Shown piece by piece: positions 51,167 through 63,383 of a DNA stretch of 64,000 nt. A program made the position numbers and the translations under genes. The notes under the pieces were generated by a model, which did no database searches, was not told the DNA's origin, and was given only the letters and a program-made list of their open reading frames with translations. The DNA comes from an uncultured delta proteobacterium (GTDB lineage: Bacteria > Myxococcota_A > Polyangia > Polyangiales > B10-G4): contig CAVSGI010000020.1 in NCBI GenBank assembly GCA_963727445.1, positions 256,001-320,000 of the forward strand, given 5' to 3'. Position 1 is the stretch's first letter, and the number at the start of each line of letters is the position of its first letter.

Positions 51167-52750
51167 TCAGGCCTTCTCCGGGATCAGGCTCATCGCGCGC
51201 TCGGCCAGGGCAGTGATGGTCAGCGAGGGGTTCACACCCGGGTTCGCGCTCACGGCGCTTCCGTCGATCACGTACAGGCCCTCGTAGCCGAAGACGCGGT
51301 GCTGGGCATCGATCACGCCCTCGCTCTCGCTCTCACCCATGCAGCAGCCGCCGAGGATGTGGGCGGTGGAGGGAACGCCCATGAGGGTCTCGGGAGCGAG
51401 GTTCACCGTCACGCCGCGGACCTTTTCCGCGAAGCGACGGGCGATGTCGGTCGCTTCCTCCATGAACGCCTTCGGCGCGTCGGCCGGATCGTCGAGCGTG
51501 GATATCAGGCCCTTCCGAAAGCCCGTCCAGGCGTTGCGTCCGAGGCGCAGTGAGAGGGTGCTCTCGAGGGTGCGCATGTAGAGGAGGATCTGCGACTGTC
51601 GTGCGTATCGCGGGACCGTCAGCGCCCTCGCCCAGCGGACGGGATGCGACAAGAGGCCCCGCGCCGTTCCCGCCAGCCGTCCCAAGACCGTCGGCGCGGG
51701 CGCGTGCGGCAAGGTCAACATTCGGAAGAAGCTCGACCCCTCGCCGTAACGGACCGGCTCCACGTGACTGTGCGCGTCGGTGTGCAGGATCGAGGTGATG
51801 GCGACGCCCTTGCTGAAGTCGTCCTCGGGATTCGGCGAGATGACGCCGATGAGCGACTCGTTGTTGGTGCGGACGAAGTCGCCCACGCGAGGGGAGAGCG
51901 CGGGCAGGCCCGCCGGATCCTCGCGCATCGCGAGGAGCAGGGGCACGGTGCCCATCACGCCCCCCGCGAAGACCACCTGCGACGCTTCGACCACGCGCGC
52001 CTCACCCTTGCCGAGAGAGGGGCGCGTCTCGAGCGCGTAGCCGCCGCCCCCGGTGAGCGGCCGGACGGCCGTGACCTCGGTCTCGGGGAGGACCCGCGCG
52101 CCGCCGTGCTCTGCGAGGTGCAGATAGTTCTGGTCGAGGGTGTTCTTCGCGCCGACGCGGCAGCCCGTCATACATGCGCCGCAGAAGGTGCACCCGACAC
52201 GGTCCGGCCCCGCCCCGTCGAAGTACGGGTCCGCCACCTTCTTCCCGGGCTCGCCGAAGAAGACGGCGACCTGGGTCTTCTCCCAGTGCTCGCCCCGCCC
52301 CATCTCCTCACCGATCTCCTTCAGGATCTCGTCGCCGCGGGTCATGCGCGGGTTCTCGGCGGAGCCGAGCATCCGTCGCGCCGTCTGATAGTGGCGTGCC
52401 AGCTCCCGCTTCCAGTCGGCGAGGTGCCCCCACGACTCGGCCGCGAAGAACTCGTCCTTGGGCATCGGCAGCGTGTTCGCGTAGACCAGCGAGCCGCCGC
52501 CGACCCCCACCCCGTGGAGCACCGTCACGTGGGGCAGGAAGCTCATCTGGAAGATCCCGGACAGGCCCGCCGCGGGCATCCAGTACCAGCGCTTCAGGTC
52601 CCAGTTGTTCTTGCCGAAATCCTTCGGGGCGAAGCGCCGTCCCTTCTCGATGACCAGGACGCGGTAGCCCTTTTCCGTCAGACGAAGCGCGGAGACGCTT
52701 CCTCCGAAGCCGGAGCCGACGATGACGAAGTCGTAGCGCTCGCGGGGCAC
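51167..52750 (-). CDS. Cholesterol oxidase-like GMC oxidoreductase (ChoD type)
   Basis: GSGFGGSVSALRL, GVGGGSLVYAN, CTFCGACMTGC, KNTLDQNYL, TAHILGG, GVNPSLTITALAER. Confidence 0.85.
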   Translation of the reverse strand: MPRERYDFVIVGSGFGGSVSALRLTEKGYRVLVIEKGRRFAPKDFGKNNWDLKRWYWMPAAGLSGIFQMSFLPHVTVLHGVGVGGGSLVYANTLPMPKDEFFAAESWGHLADWKRELARHYQTARRMLGSAENPRMTRGDEILKEIGEEMGRGEHWEKTQVAVFFGEPGKKVADPYFDGAGPDRVGCTFCGACMTGCRVGAKNTLDQNYLHLAEHGGARVLPETEVTAVRPLTGGGGYALETRPSLGKGEARVVEASQVVFAGGVMGTVPLLLAMREDPAGLPALSPRVGDFVRTNNESLIGVISPNPEDDFSKGVAITSILHTDAHSHVEPVRYGEGSSFFRMLTLPHAPAPTVLGRLAGTARGLLSHPVRWARALTVPRYARQSQILLYMRTLESTLSLRLGRNAWTGFRKGLISTLDDPADAPKAFMEEATDIARRFAEKVRGVTVNLAPETLMGVPSTAHILGGCCMGESESEGVIDAQHRVFGYEGLYVIDGSAVSANPGVNPSLTITALAERAMSLIPEKA

Positions 52751-52756
52751 GACGGC

Positions 52757-55047
<2,291 letters not shown>

Positions 55048-55063
55048 GGCCGGGCAGCATACA

Positions 55064-56656
55064 TCAGAGCGCGTGGCTGCGGAGATAGCGCGTCACCGCC
55101 CCGGGCTCGGCGGCGGCCGCTGCGAGGACGCCGCCCATCATGGCGCCGATCACGCCGACCGTCGCGACCTCGGAGCCGCTGAAGTAGAGGCCGCGGATGG
55201 GAGACTTGGGGCGGAGCCAGGGGTTGTCGAAGCGCTCCGGCGTCGGCTCGATGCCGTAGATGGAGCCGAGCATCGGGCGAGTGAAATGCTGCGTGGACAC
55301 CGGTGTCGAGAGCTCGACGTGCTTCACCATCCCTTCGAGCGCGGGCATGTGCTCGAGGAACTGCGAGAGGAGCCGCTTTTCGAGGCTCGCCTTCTTGTCG
55401 TCGTAGGCGCTTCCGCGCTTCTTCCAGCGCTCCTGCTGCCACGCGGCGAAGGACGCGAAGGGCACGAAGGTGACGACCTCGCCGGTGTGGCGTCGCTTCG
55501 GCCCGGGATCGTGCTCGGGATCCTTGAGCGAGGGAAAGGAGCAGTAGAGAACCGTGGCGCGCGCATCCGGATCGTCGCAGTTCCAGACGTCGGTCTCCAT
55601 GTCCCAGGTCTCGTAGAACCACTTGTTGGCCGAGCCCGCCCCCGCAGCCCGAACGTCGCCCTCGAAGCCCAGGTAGAGGCAGACGTGCGCAGGCGCAGGG
55701 GACAGCGTTTCGATCGAGCGCGCCCATGCGGCGCGGGACGCGTCCTCGGGCAAGAGGCGCTTCACCGTCGACATCACACCTGCCGCGCTCACGACGCGCC
55801 GGGCGCGGATCACCTCGCCGCTCTTCATGCGCACACCCACCGCGGCGCCGTCCTCGAGCACGATCTCCGTGACGTCCGCGCGGATGGCCGTCCATCCGCC
55901 GGCGTCGGCGACGGTCCTGAGGAGCTCCCGCGCGATGCGCTTGGCCCCACCCACCGGGTAGTAGCCGCCCCACTGGAAGTGCTTCGTGACGAGGGCCTGG
56001 ATAGCGAACGAGGAATGGGCGGGCGTCGAGCCGTAGTAGCCCCACTGGGAAGCGAGCACCGCGCGCAGCTTCGGGTCGTCCGTCAGCTCTTCGAGGACCT
56101 CGGCGGTGTTCTCGAGGAAGTATCGGCGCGCCTGTGTCACCAGGAAGCGGTCGACGATCTTGGCGGCGGCCCCGCTCGCCAGGCGCGAGAGGTAATAGCC
56201 CTTCATCACCCCCGCCACCTCCCGCACCTTCGTCAGGTAGCGGTGGATCGCCTCGCGCTCCTGTGGGAACGCCGCTTCCAGGTTCGCGCGGAATTGCTGC
56301 GGGGTGTCGGGGAAGTCGATCCGCACGCCGTCTGGCCAGTGGAACTCGTCGTAGACCGGGCCGAGGCTGGCCCACGCGAGGCGCCGGTCGGTGAGCGCCG
56401 CGAGGAGGCGGCCGGTCATCGACTTGTCCGTGACCTCGCCGACCGCGTGCACGCCCACATCCCATTCGAAGCCCGGCCGCTTGAAGCTGTGGGTGAAGCC
56501 CCCCGGGACGTAATGCTGCTCGAGGACGAGGACGCGCTTGCCGATCTTCGACAACAGCGCCGCGGTGGTCATGCCGCCCATCCCCGAGCCGATGACGATG
56601 TAGTCCCACGTCCCCTCGGGGACGTCCTTACTCCAGGGTTTGTCGTCGCGCGCCAC
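55064..56656 (-). CDS. Phytoene desaturase family / retinol saturase (RetSat)-like FAD oxidoreductase
   Basis: GSGMGG, EQHYVPGGFTH, WDVGVH, YPVGG, STP, GSIYG. Confidence 0.85.
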   Translation of the reverse strand: MARDDKPWSKDVPEGTWDYIVIGSGMGGMTTAALLSKIGKRVLVLEQHYVPGGFTHSFKRPGFEWDVGVHAVGEVTDKSMTGRLLAALTDRRLAWASLGPVYDEFHWPDGVRIDFPDTPQQFRANLEAAFPQEREAIHRYLTKVREVAGVMKGYYLSRLASGAAAKIVDRFLVTQARRYFLENTAEVLEELTDDPKLRAVLASQWGYYGSTPAHSSFAIQALVTKHFQWGGYYPVGGAKRIARELLRTVADAGGWTAIRADVTEIVLEDGAAVGVRMKSGEVIRARRVVSAAGVMSTVKRLLPEDASRAAWARSIETLSPAPAHVCLYLGFEGDVRAAGAGSANKWFYETWDMETDVWNCDDPDARATVLYCSFPSLKDPEHDPGPKRRHTGEVVTFVPFASFAAWQQERWKKRGSAYDDKKASLEKRLLSQFLEHMPALEGMVKHVELSTPVSTQHFTRPMLGSIYGIEPTPERFDNPWLRPKSPIRGLYFSGSEVATVGVIGAMMGGVLAAAAAEPGAVTRYLRSHAL

Positions 56657-56680
56657 GGCGGGCAGGGGGAAGGGGAGCCA

Positions 56681-57775
56681 TCAAGGGCTCTGCGCTTCCT
56701 CGTCCTTCATCCGCGCCCATTCGAGGAGCGCGCTCGAGGTGGGCATGCCGATCTCGTCCCGCGCCACGACCTCGCTGGTCGCCAGCTCGAAGCGACCATC
56801 GTTCCAGTCGAGGACCCGGAAGAGGCGGTCGAGGGCGGTGCCGTCGACGCCGGGGAGGCTCACGGTGAGCACGTCGCCCTGATCGATCACCAGGGTGGCG
56901 AGCTTGCGCCCGGAGGTGACGAGGAGATTGCCGGAGCGCCGTTCCTGGCTGATGAAGGACAGGACGCTCGAGAGCGGAACCTGCGCGAGCTCGCCACGCA
57001 GGACGTCGCCGCCCGCGGCGTTGCCGAACTTGCTCTGATGCCGCATCAGCACGCCCCGGACCCGGGCGGTGAGCTCCGCGGGATCGACGGGCTTGGGCAG
57101 ATATTCGTCCACGCCGAGCTGGTATCCGCGCAGGCGCTCTCTGTCCCCACGCAAGGACGTCAGAAAGATGAATGGGACGTTCGCGAGCTTCGGCCGCGCC
57201 CGCACGATGCGCAGGAGCTGCCAGCCGTCCATGCCGGGCATCTGGACATCGCTGAGGATCAGATCCGGGCGGTTTTCGAGCGCCTTGCCCAGGGCGTCGA
57301 GGCCGTTTTCGGCGGTCTCGATGGTGCCGAAGTGCTCGCTCAAGACCCGCACCAGCTGTTCGCGCGACATGCGGTCGTCGTCGACCACCAACAGACGCGC
57401 CTCGGCCGAGCCACTGTCGAGCCCATCGGCGTCGGAGGTCATGTTCAGCGTGTCGAGGAGGAGCTCCTGGATGATCGCGACCGGAACGTCCACCAGCTCG
57501 AGGCCCATCCCACGCGAGCTCGCGTCCTCCTTCACGTAGGCCACGCGCGCGACACAGGGAACGACCGGACCTTCCTCGTCGTCGCCCTCCGCGTCCGGGA
57601 GCTCCAGATCGACGCGGACCACCGCGCCGACCTTCAGCGGCTCGTCGGTCAAGACGAACATCCCGCCCTGCGAGATGTTGGAGGTGTACGCGACGACGAA
57701 GTCGTCGAGGGTGCGATACCGAACCCGAAAGCTCGCCTCGACCCGCGGAGAGGACCGCCGCTCGTCGCCCGTCAC
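56681..57775 (-). CDS. PilZ - response regulator receiver - DUF4388 signalling protein
   Basis: RSSPR and NISQGG (PilZ); VDDD, SDVQMP, KP (REC); LRGEL...RRSG...WNDGRF (DUF4388). Confidence 0.88.
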   Translation of the reverse strand: MTGDERRSSPRVEASFRVRYRTLDDFVVAYTSNISQGGMFVLTDEPLKVGAVVRVDLELPDAEGDDEEGPVVPCVARVAYVKEDASSRGMGLELVDVPVAIIQELLLDTLNMTSDADGLDSGSAEARLLVVDDDRMSREQLVRVLSEHFGTIETAENGLDALGKALENRPDLILSDVQMPGMDGWQLLRIVRARPKLANVPFIFLTSLRGDRERLRGYQLGVDEYLPKPVDPAELTARVRGVLMRHQSKFGNAAGGDVLRGELAQVPLSSVLSFISQERRSGNLLVTSGRKLATLVIDQGDVLTVSLPGVDGTALDRLFRVLDWNDGRFELATSEVVARDEIGMPTSSALLEWARMKDEEAQSP

Positions 57776-57851
57776 CGCGACATGCTACCCCACCCGGGGT
57801 CGCCAGGACAGACCTTGACGATCACCCGATCGGCCCGACAGGCTCGCCGCC

Positions 57852-58758
57852 ATGACGCGATGGACGGTCGAGGACGCACCCGATTCTGAGCGGGCGCGTT
57901 TTCGTCATCACCGGTGCCAACTCCGGCATCGGCTTCGAGGCGACGAGGATGTTGGCCGAGCGGGGCGCGACGACGATCCTCGCCGGGCGCAACGACGCCA
58001 AGGTCGCCGACGCGCGCGACCGCATCCAGGCCGCCGTGCCGAACGCGACCCTTCGCACGCAGCGCCTCGACCTGGCTTCCCTCTCCTCGGTGCGAGAGGC
58101 GGCCGCCGCGCTCTCGGCGGACGGAGTCGACGTCCTCATCAACAACGCGGGCGTGATGGCCATCCCCCGCCGTGAGACCGAGGACGGCTTCGAGATGCAG
58201 CTCGGCGTCAATCACCTCGGGCACTTCGCGCTGACGGCGCTCCTGTGGCCGAAGATCCGCGAGCGCGTGGTCACGGTCACCAGCCTCGTGCACCGGGTCG
58301 GGCACATCGACTGGGGCGACCTCATGGGCGAGCGCCGCTATCGCAAGTGGCCGGCCTATTTCCAGAGCAAGCTGGCGAACGTGCTCTTCGCGCTCGAGCT
58401 GTCCCGCAGGGCCGAAGCCGCGGGCTCGAAGGTGCGATCCACGTTCTGTCATCCGGGCTACGCATCGACCAATCTCCAGGGCGTGGGACCCGCGATGGAG
58501 AAGAGCTCTTTCGCGGGTGGAATCATGAGCTTCGGCAACGCGGCCTTCGCTCAGAGCGCCGAGGCCGGCGCCTGGCCGACGGTGATGGCTGCGGTGGCCG
58601 ACATTGCCAGCGGGAGCTTCACGGGGCCGTCCCATCTCGGCTGGAGAGGACGGCCGCGCTTGGTCACGCCTTCGAGCGCCGGCCGGAATCCCGAGACGGC
58701 GAAGCGCCTCTGGTCCGTCTCCGAGGAGCTCACGAAGGTCCGTTTCGACGTGGTGTAG
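57852..58758 (+). CDS. Short-chain dehydrogenase (retinol dehydrogenase-like); +1 indel near 57885
   Basis: Deleting one T gives PDLSGRVFVITGANSGIG; NNAGVM, NHLGHF, YFQSK, HPG. Confidence 0.88.
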
Positions 58759-58764
58759 TCGAAG

Positions 58765-60144
58765 TCAGTTGTTCAGCGCGCCGGCCTCGATCCATTCACG
58801 GATCTGGTCGATCTCGGGGTCGGGGAGTGGGGTACGCCCGTTGGGCATCCGGTCGCCGCACAGGTCCACGCCGGCGACCTTCCTCCACAGAAGGCTGCGC
58901 ATCGGATCCCTGGGAATGACCCGGATGTTGCCCGTCCCGCATTCGGCGGCGACGCCTACCAGGTTCGAATAGGCCGTCGGCTTGTCCACGTAGCTCAACA
59001 TTCCAGCTGGGTTCATGCGGGTGTGGCAGGGGGTGCAGTCCATGCTCAGCGTGTCGGTGTAGACCTGGGTGAATGTCGGGCCCGCCACGCAGCCGGTCGA
59101 CACGCGGCACAGCTCGCCCATCGCACACGTGGAGGAGTCGGGGCTGTTCACGCAGCCCGTGCCGGGGAGACAGGTGTCGGTGGTGCAGCTGAAGGTGTCG
59201 TCACAGGCGCTGTCGTCGGGTGTGCTCAGGCAGCCCATCGTGGTGTCGCAAACGTCCGTGGTGCACCCGATGGTGTCGTCGCACAGGCTGTCGTCCGGGC
59301 TGTTCACGCAGGAGCCTGTCACGTCGTCGCATCGATCGGCCGTGCACGCGATCCCGTCGTTGCAGCTCGGCGCCGGGCTCGTCGCGCAGTGCATCGCGAC
59401 GCAGGTCTCCATGCCGTTGCAGAAGCTTCCGTCGTCGCAGTCGGCATTGTCGTCGCAGGGTCGTCCGCCGCAGCCGTCGACCGGGTCGCAAACGTCTCCC
59501 GTGGTGCAGGCGCTGTCGTCCGGGGTGTGCTCGCACGTTCCACCGACGCACCGGTCCATGGTGCACGACACCATGTCGTCGCACTGCTCGTCCATGACGC
59601 ATCCGGCATCCGTGGCGGCATCCGAACCGTCCACCCCCGCGTCACCACCGTCGGGGACGATGACCGCCCCGTCGAGCCGTGACGGCGCGCCGCTCCATGC
59701 GACGAGCTCGTCGGGGCTCACCTCGAGCGGCCGGCAGCCGTCGTTTCCGCAGGTTTCGCCCGTGCCGCAGGTCGCCCCGATACAGCGGCGAAGGAGATCG
59801 ATCCGGAGCTCGAGTGTCTCGCCGGGGATGAAGTTGAAGCGCTGAGTCCGGCTCACCACCGCCGCCCCGCCCACGCTCGCGGTGGCGTTCACCTGGTAGG
59901 GGCCGAGCGAGCCGCCGCGATGAACCAATCCGAGGACGGCGGGCAGATCCACGGCGCCGCGAATGTCCGCGCCGGCCAGCTGCGCCTCGCCTATCGGCGG
60001 CACGACCTCGAAGTCGATCCGGTCGATCTGATCCGGAATCGACAGGTCACTGTCCGCGACGACGAGGACCTCGGTACGCTTCTCCACGCCGCAGGCGCTC
60101 GTGAGGGCGAGGGTCAAAAGGAGCGCTCTGGCCCTCAGTCCCAC
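58765..60144 (-). CDS. Cys-repeat lipoprotein with C-terminal c-type cytochrome domain
   Basis: TSA-C lipobox; repeats CxDxxxCTxDxC; CTPCH, distal MP and IREWIEAGA end. Confidence 0.8.
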   Translation of the reverse strand: MGLRARALLLTLALTSACGVEKRTEVLVVADSDLSIPDQIDRIDFEVVPPIGEAQLAGADIRGAVDLPAVLGLVHRGGSLGPYQVNATASVGGAAVVSRTQRFNFIPGETLELRIDLLRRCIGATCGTGETCGNDGCRPLEVSPDELVAWSGAPSRLDGAVIVPDGGDAGVDGSDAATDAGCVMDEQCDDMVSCTMDRCVGGTCEHTPDDSACTTGDVCDPVDGCGGRPCDDNADCDDGSFCNGMETCVAMHCATSPAPSCNDGIACTADRCDDVTGSCVNSPDDSLCDDTIGCTTDVCDTTMGCLSTPDDSACDDTFSCTTDTCLPGTGCVNSPDSSTCAMGELCRVSTGCVAGPTFTQVYTDTLSMDCTPCHTRMNPAGMLSYVDKPTAYSNLVGVAAECGTGNIRVIPRDPMRSLLWRKVAGVDLCGDRMPNGRTPLPDPEIDQIREWIEAGALNN

Positions 60145-60923
60145 GTCAACACTCCCGGTTGGGTCGTGCCGGCGATCGGCTCCTCGACGCCCCCCGACGC
60201 GGTGGCTGCGATCACCCCGATGAGCACGCCCGCGACCACGACTGCACCGATGCCCGTCCAGAACCACCACTCGCCGAGGATGCTGTCCTCCTCCGGCTCG
60301 GGGGCGGGGGTCGGCGCCACGATCGGCTCGGGCGCGGGCTCGGGGGGCGGGGAAGGCACGTCGAGGGAGATCTCGGCTCGTCCCCCTTCCGGCACCTCGA
60401 CCTCGCCACTCGCCACCACCTCGCGATGCCGCGACGCCGTCACCTCGTTGGTTCCGGGGTCGGCGGAGACCGGGACCCCGAAGAGGGACGTGTCGAGGGG
60501 TGACCCCTTGATCGCCACCACCACGTCGTCGGCGTCTCCCGTGACCCGCACCACCAGCTGGCCGAGGCGTGGCTCAGCGTCCTCGATGATCGACTGGGCG
60601 TCGTCGCGGAGCTCCTCGGGCGCGTCCGGGTCGCGGACGACCTGGCGCATCATCTCGGTGCCTTCCACCAAGCGGCCGCTCTCGATGAGGGCGTTGCCGA
60701 AGTTGAAGGCGATGGGCGGGGCGGGCCTGAGCAGGTAAGCGCGCCGGAACTTCGCGGCGGCCTCCTCGTAGCGCTCTTCCTCGGCGAGCGTGAGACCCTC
60801 GGAGAAGAGCTGACGGGCTTCTGCCGTCCGCGCTTCCTCGTCCTCCTGCGCGGCGCAGGGGACCGAGAGACCGAAGGTGAGGGCGAGGACCACCCACACG
60901 GGAATGAAGAGCCGAGCGAGCAC
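60135..60923 (-). CDS. TPR + PEGA-like protein with C-terminal hydrophobic segment
   Basis: Signal peptide, ARQLFSEG...YEEA TPR, LVVRV..V.IKG..VSADPG, WWFWTGIGAVVVAGV. Confidence 0.75.
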   Translation of the reverse strand: MLARLFIPVWVVLALTFGLSVPCAAQEDEEARTAEARQLFSEGLTLAEEERYEEAAAKFRRAYLLRPAPPIAFNFGNALIESGRLVEGTEMMRQVVRDPDAPEELRDDAQSIIEDAEPRLGQLVVRVTGDADDVVVAIKGSPLDTSLFGVPVSADPGTNEVTASRHREVVASGEVEVPEGGRAEISLDVPSPPPEPAPEPIVAPTPAPEPEEDSILGEWWFWTGIGAVVVAGVLIGVIAATASGGVEEPIAGTTQPGVLTWD

Positions 60924-60960
60924 GTGCTCGCGGATTATAGCGGACTCGGCTCGGCGTTGC

Positions 60961-61623
60961 TCAGAGCACGCACTCGAAGGTGAACCACGAGTAGCTCATG
61001 CAGCCCGGCGGCCCGAGGAAGTCGCTCTCGACACAGGCGCCGTCGCAAAATCCGCAGGTGGATCGACTGGTGCAGTCGAGGCAATCCACCGCATCTGCGC
61101 ACGGATCGCCGGTCGGGGGCGGGGGTGGTGTCCCGCTGTCCGCGGGCGGCGGGGGCGTACCTGCGTCTGCACTGCTGGTGTTGCTGCAGCTCCCCGCCTG
61201 ACAGCTGAGCCCGGTGTCACAGGGCGTCGAGCCGGCGCAGCAGCTCTGGCCGAGCGCACCGCAGGGCGTGGTGGAGCCACCAGCCATCTGACAGCCGTCG
61301 ACGGTGCAGGTGAGCCCCGCGAAACACTGGGGAGCGCTGTCACAGCACGGCTCGCCCGCGGCGCCGCACGCGCCACGGCCGCAGAGGCCGTCGATGCACA
61401 TGAGGTCGCCTTCGCAACGGCCGTCGCAGCAGGGGTTGCCCATGTTCCCGCAATCGCTCGCCGGGGGCGCGGTGGCGTCCGGCGTGCTGCCGCCGTCGTT
61501 GGTCACGTAGGAGCTTCGCCCACCGGTGGTCGAAGGGGGCGGCCCGCCATTGGCGCATCCCGCGAGGGATACCGCCGCGATCAGCAGAACGATACTTCGA
61601 TGCCCGTGGTCCAGAGACTCCAC
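60961..61623 (-). CDS. Cys-rich lipoprotein
   Basis: GGAGGAG RBS, LAG-C lipobox, three CGxxGxxCC repeats, C-terminal PSI-like CxxC...CGFC. Confidence 0.7.
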   Translation of the reverse strand: MESLDHGHRSIVLLIAAVSLAGCANGGPPPSTTGGRSSYVTNDGGSTPDATAPPASDCGNMGNPCCDGRCEGDLMCIDGLCGRGACGAAGEPCCDSAPQCFAGLTCTVDGCQMAGGSTTPCGALGQSCCAGSTPCDTGLSCQAGSCSNTSSADAGTPPPPADSGTPPPPPTGDPCADAVDCLDCTSRSTCGFCDGACVESDFLGPPGCMSYSWFTFECVL

Positions 61624-61756
61624 TTCTCCTCCGAGTCCCGGGATGAAGCAGGATGCATGCCCACCACCTTCGGAGGGGTGGCACCGACAACACTCGGGTT
61701 TTCGAGCGGCCGGGGCCTCGAGCACTGGCGGCATCGGACGCCACCTGTAACGTCGT

Positions 61757-63193
61757 CTACTCCTCGACGAGGACCGGGACGGGCTCGGGGCCGCTCTCGG
61801 GCACCCACCGGAGGAACTCGGTACGGAGCTCGTCGCCCATCCACCGGAGCACCAGATGGGTGCGGCTCGCGCTGTCGTTTTCGTCCGGGGAGTCGCTGCC
61901 CCAGTTGCCGAGGTTCACGTAGGTGGCGGTCTCGCTCACGTCGAGGAGCGTCGGCCGGTGAGTGTGCCCCATCACCACGAAGCGCGCCGGGAGGATCTCG
62001 GCGATGCGCCGAGCGGCGGCGCGCATCCGCCGCGCCGGGTCGAGGTCCGCGAGGCGCTGCCGCCCCGTGATGAGGACGAAGAGCAGGACCGCGAGGAAGA
62101 GCAGCCCGACCGAGCCGAGCCCCCAATGCCACGGCAGCATGAAGAGCAGGGCGAGGCTCGAGAGCAAGACGATCGGGAAGAGCGCGACGCGGTCCAGGAA
62201 CATGCTGCGCAGGACCGAGAAGCCACCCCGGGTCACGGGCGTCGGCCACAGGGCGGCGAGGGCGCGCAGGACGTCGATGCCCATGCGCTGCGATTCGGCG
62301 AGCGCCTCCATCCGGCGCTCGTGCTCCTCACGGAGCGCCACGGCGGCCGCGCCGAGGTGCGCGCGCCAGCGGGCGAGGGCCCGGCCGGTGGCGGAGAGGT
62401 AGCGGTAGCCGAGCCCGAGAGCGCCGCGGATCCCGAAAGACCAGCCGAGGCGCAGGTAGTCGACGAAGCCCATCCCCTCGTGTCCGTGCGAGGGGAGACC
62501 CGGGGTCGGCCGAACCACCCACCGGAGCAGCACGTCCGAGAAGGAGGGCGAGATGCGCTCCGGGTCGAGGGGCGAGACCGGGTTCAAGAGGTGGTGGTAG
62601 CTGCACATGGCGTCGAACTGGTGTCCGTGCTCGACGTAGATCAGCCCCTCCTCGTAGTAGAACCAGGGGCAGACCTCGATGCGGGCGGCGATCTCCGCCG
62701 GGTCGACGCCCTCGGGGGCGCGCCGGCTGACCGCCTCCACGAAGGCCTCCCGCGCCGCTTCCCAATGGAGCTCCACGTCGTGGTTGCCGCGGACGATCAC
62801 CAACGAATGGCCGTCGCCCACGAAGGCGGCGAGGCGGTCGAAGACCGTGGAGTGGCGCTCGGCGACGGCGCGCATCTTCGCGGCCGCGTGGGCCGCGCTG
62901 CTGCCGAGCCCGTAGCGCTGCTCTTCCGGGTTGAGGGAGAGGCCGGTGTCGGGTCCGGGCGCGATGCTCATCCCGACGAGGTCGACCAGGTCACCGGCGA
63001 TGACCAGGCGCCACGGGCGCTCCGGGTCAGCGTTTGCCCGGTAGTGCTCGAGCATCGCCGTCAGATCGCGGTCGACCTTGGCGAGCTGTCTCAGGCGCTC
63101 CGCGGTCCACGGCCGCACGTGTTGAACGAGGTCTGCTCCGAGATGAACGTCGGAGAAGAGGATGTAGTTGGACCGTCGTGAAGCGGGGCTCAA
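61757..63193 (-). CDS. Membrane-associated calcineurin-like metallophosphoesterase
   Basis: SDVHLG, GDLVD, GNHD, EHGH, GHTH, NLGNW; two TM helices inserted before GHTH. Confidence 0.82.
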   Translation of the reverse strand: MSPASRRSNYILFSDVHLGADLVQHVRPWTAERLRQLAKVDRDLTAMLEHYRANADPERPWRLVIAGDLVDLVGMSIAPGPDTGLSLNPEEQRYGLGSSAAHAAAKMRAVAERHSTVFDRLAAFVGDGHSLVIVRGNHDVELHWEAAREAFVEAVSRRAPEGVDPAEIAARIEVCPWFYYEEGLIYVEHGHQFDAMCSYHHLLNPVSPLDPERISPSFSDVLLRWVVRPTPGLPSHGHEGMGFVDYLRLGWSFGIRGALGLGYRYLSATGRALARWRAHLGAAAVALREEHERRMEALAESQRMGIDVLRALAALWPTPVTRGGFSVLRSMFLDRVALFPIVLLSSLALLFMLPWHWGLGSVGLLFLAVLLFVLITGRQRLADLDPARRMRAAARRIAEILPARFVVMGHTHRPTLLDVSETATYVNLGNWGSDSPDENDSASRTHLVLRWMGDELRTEFLRWVPESGPEPVPVLVEE

Positions 63194-63210
63194 TGGACTC
63201 TCGAAGTAGA

Positions 63211-63226
63211 AGCAAGCGACGTACCG
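63211..63226 (-). promoter_or_regulatory. Candidate sigma54 (-24/-12) promoter
   Basis: Minus strand CGGTACG-TCGC-TTGCT with correct GG/GC spacing, 17 nt before the TTG start at 63193. Confidence 0.45.
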
Positions 63227-63383
63227 CGTTGGATTCTCTTCACTATAGGGGTGGTCGCGTGACGGCGCCGCGACATCTCTGTCAGGAGTCCAACATTATT
63301 GGCGCACCCCGCCGTGGTGGTGGCTGGTTTCGAGACGTCGGCCTGTCGTATGGTCGAGGGGGGTGGTGGACCAGGCCGCGAAG

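Noticed and set aside
63240..63250. TCACTATAGGG matching the end of the T7 promoter (vector contamination)
   Set aside because: Only 11 nt match and the upstream TAATACGAC is absent; chance.
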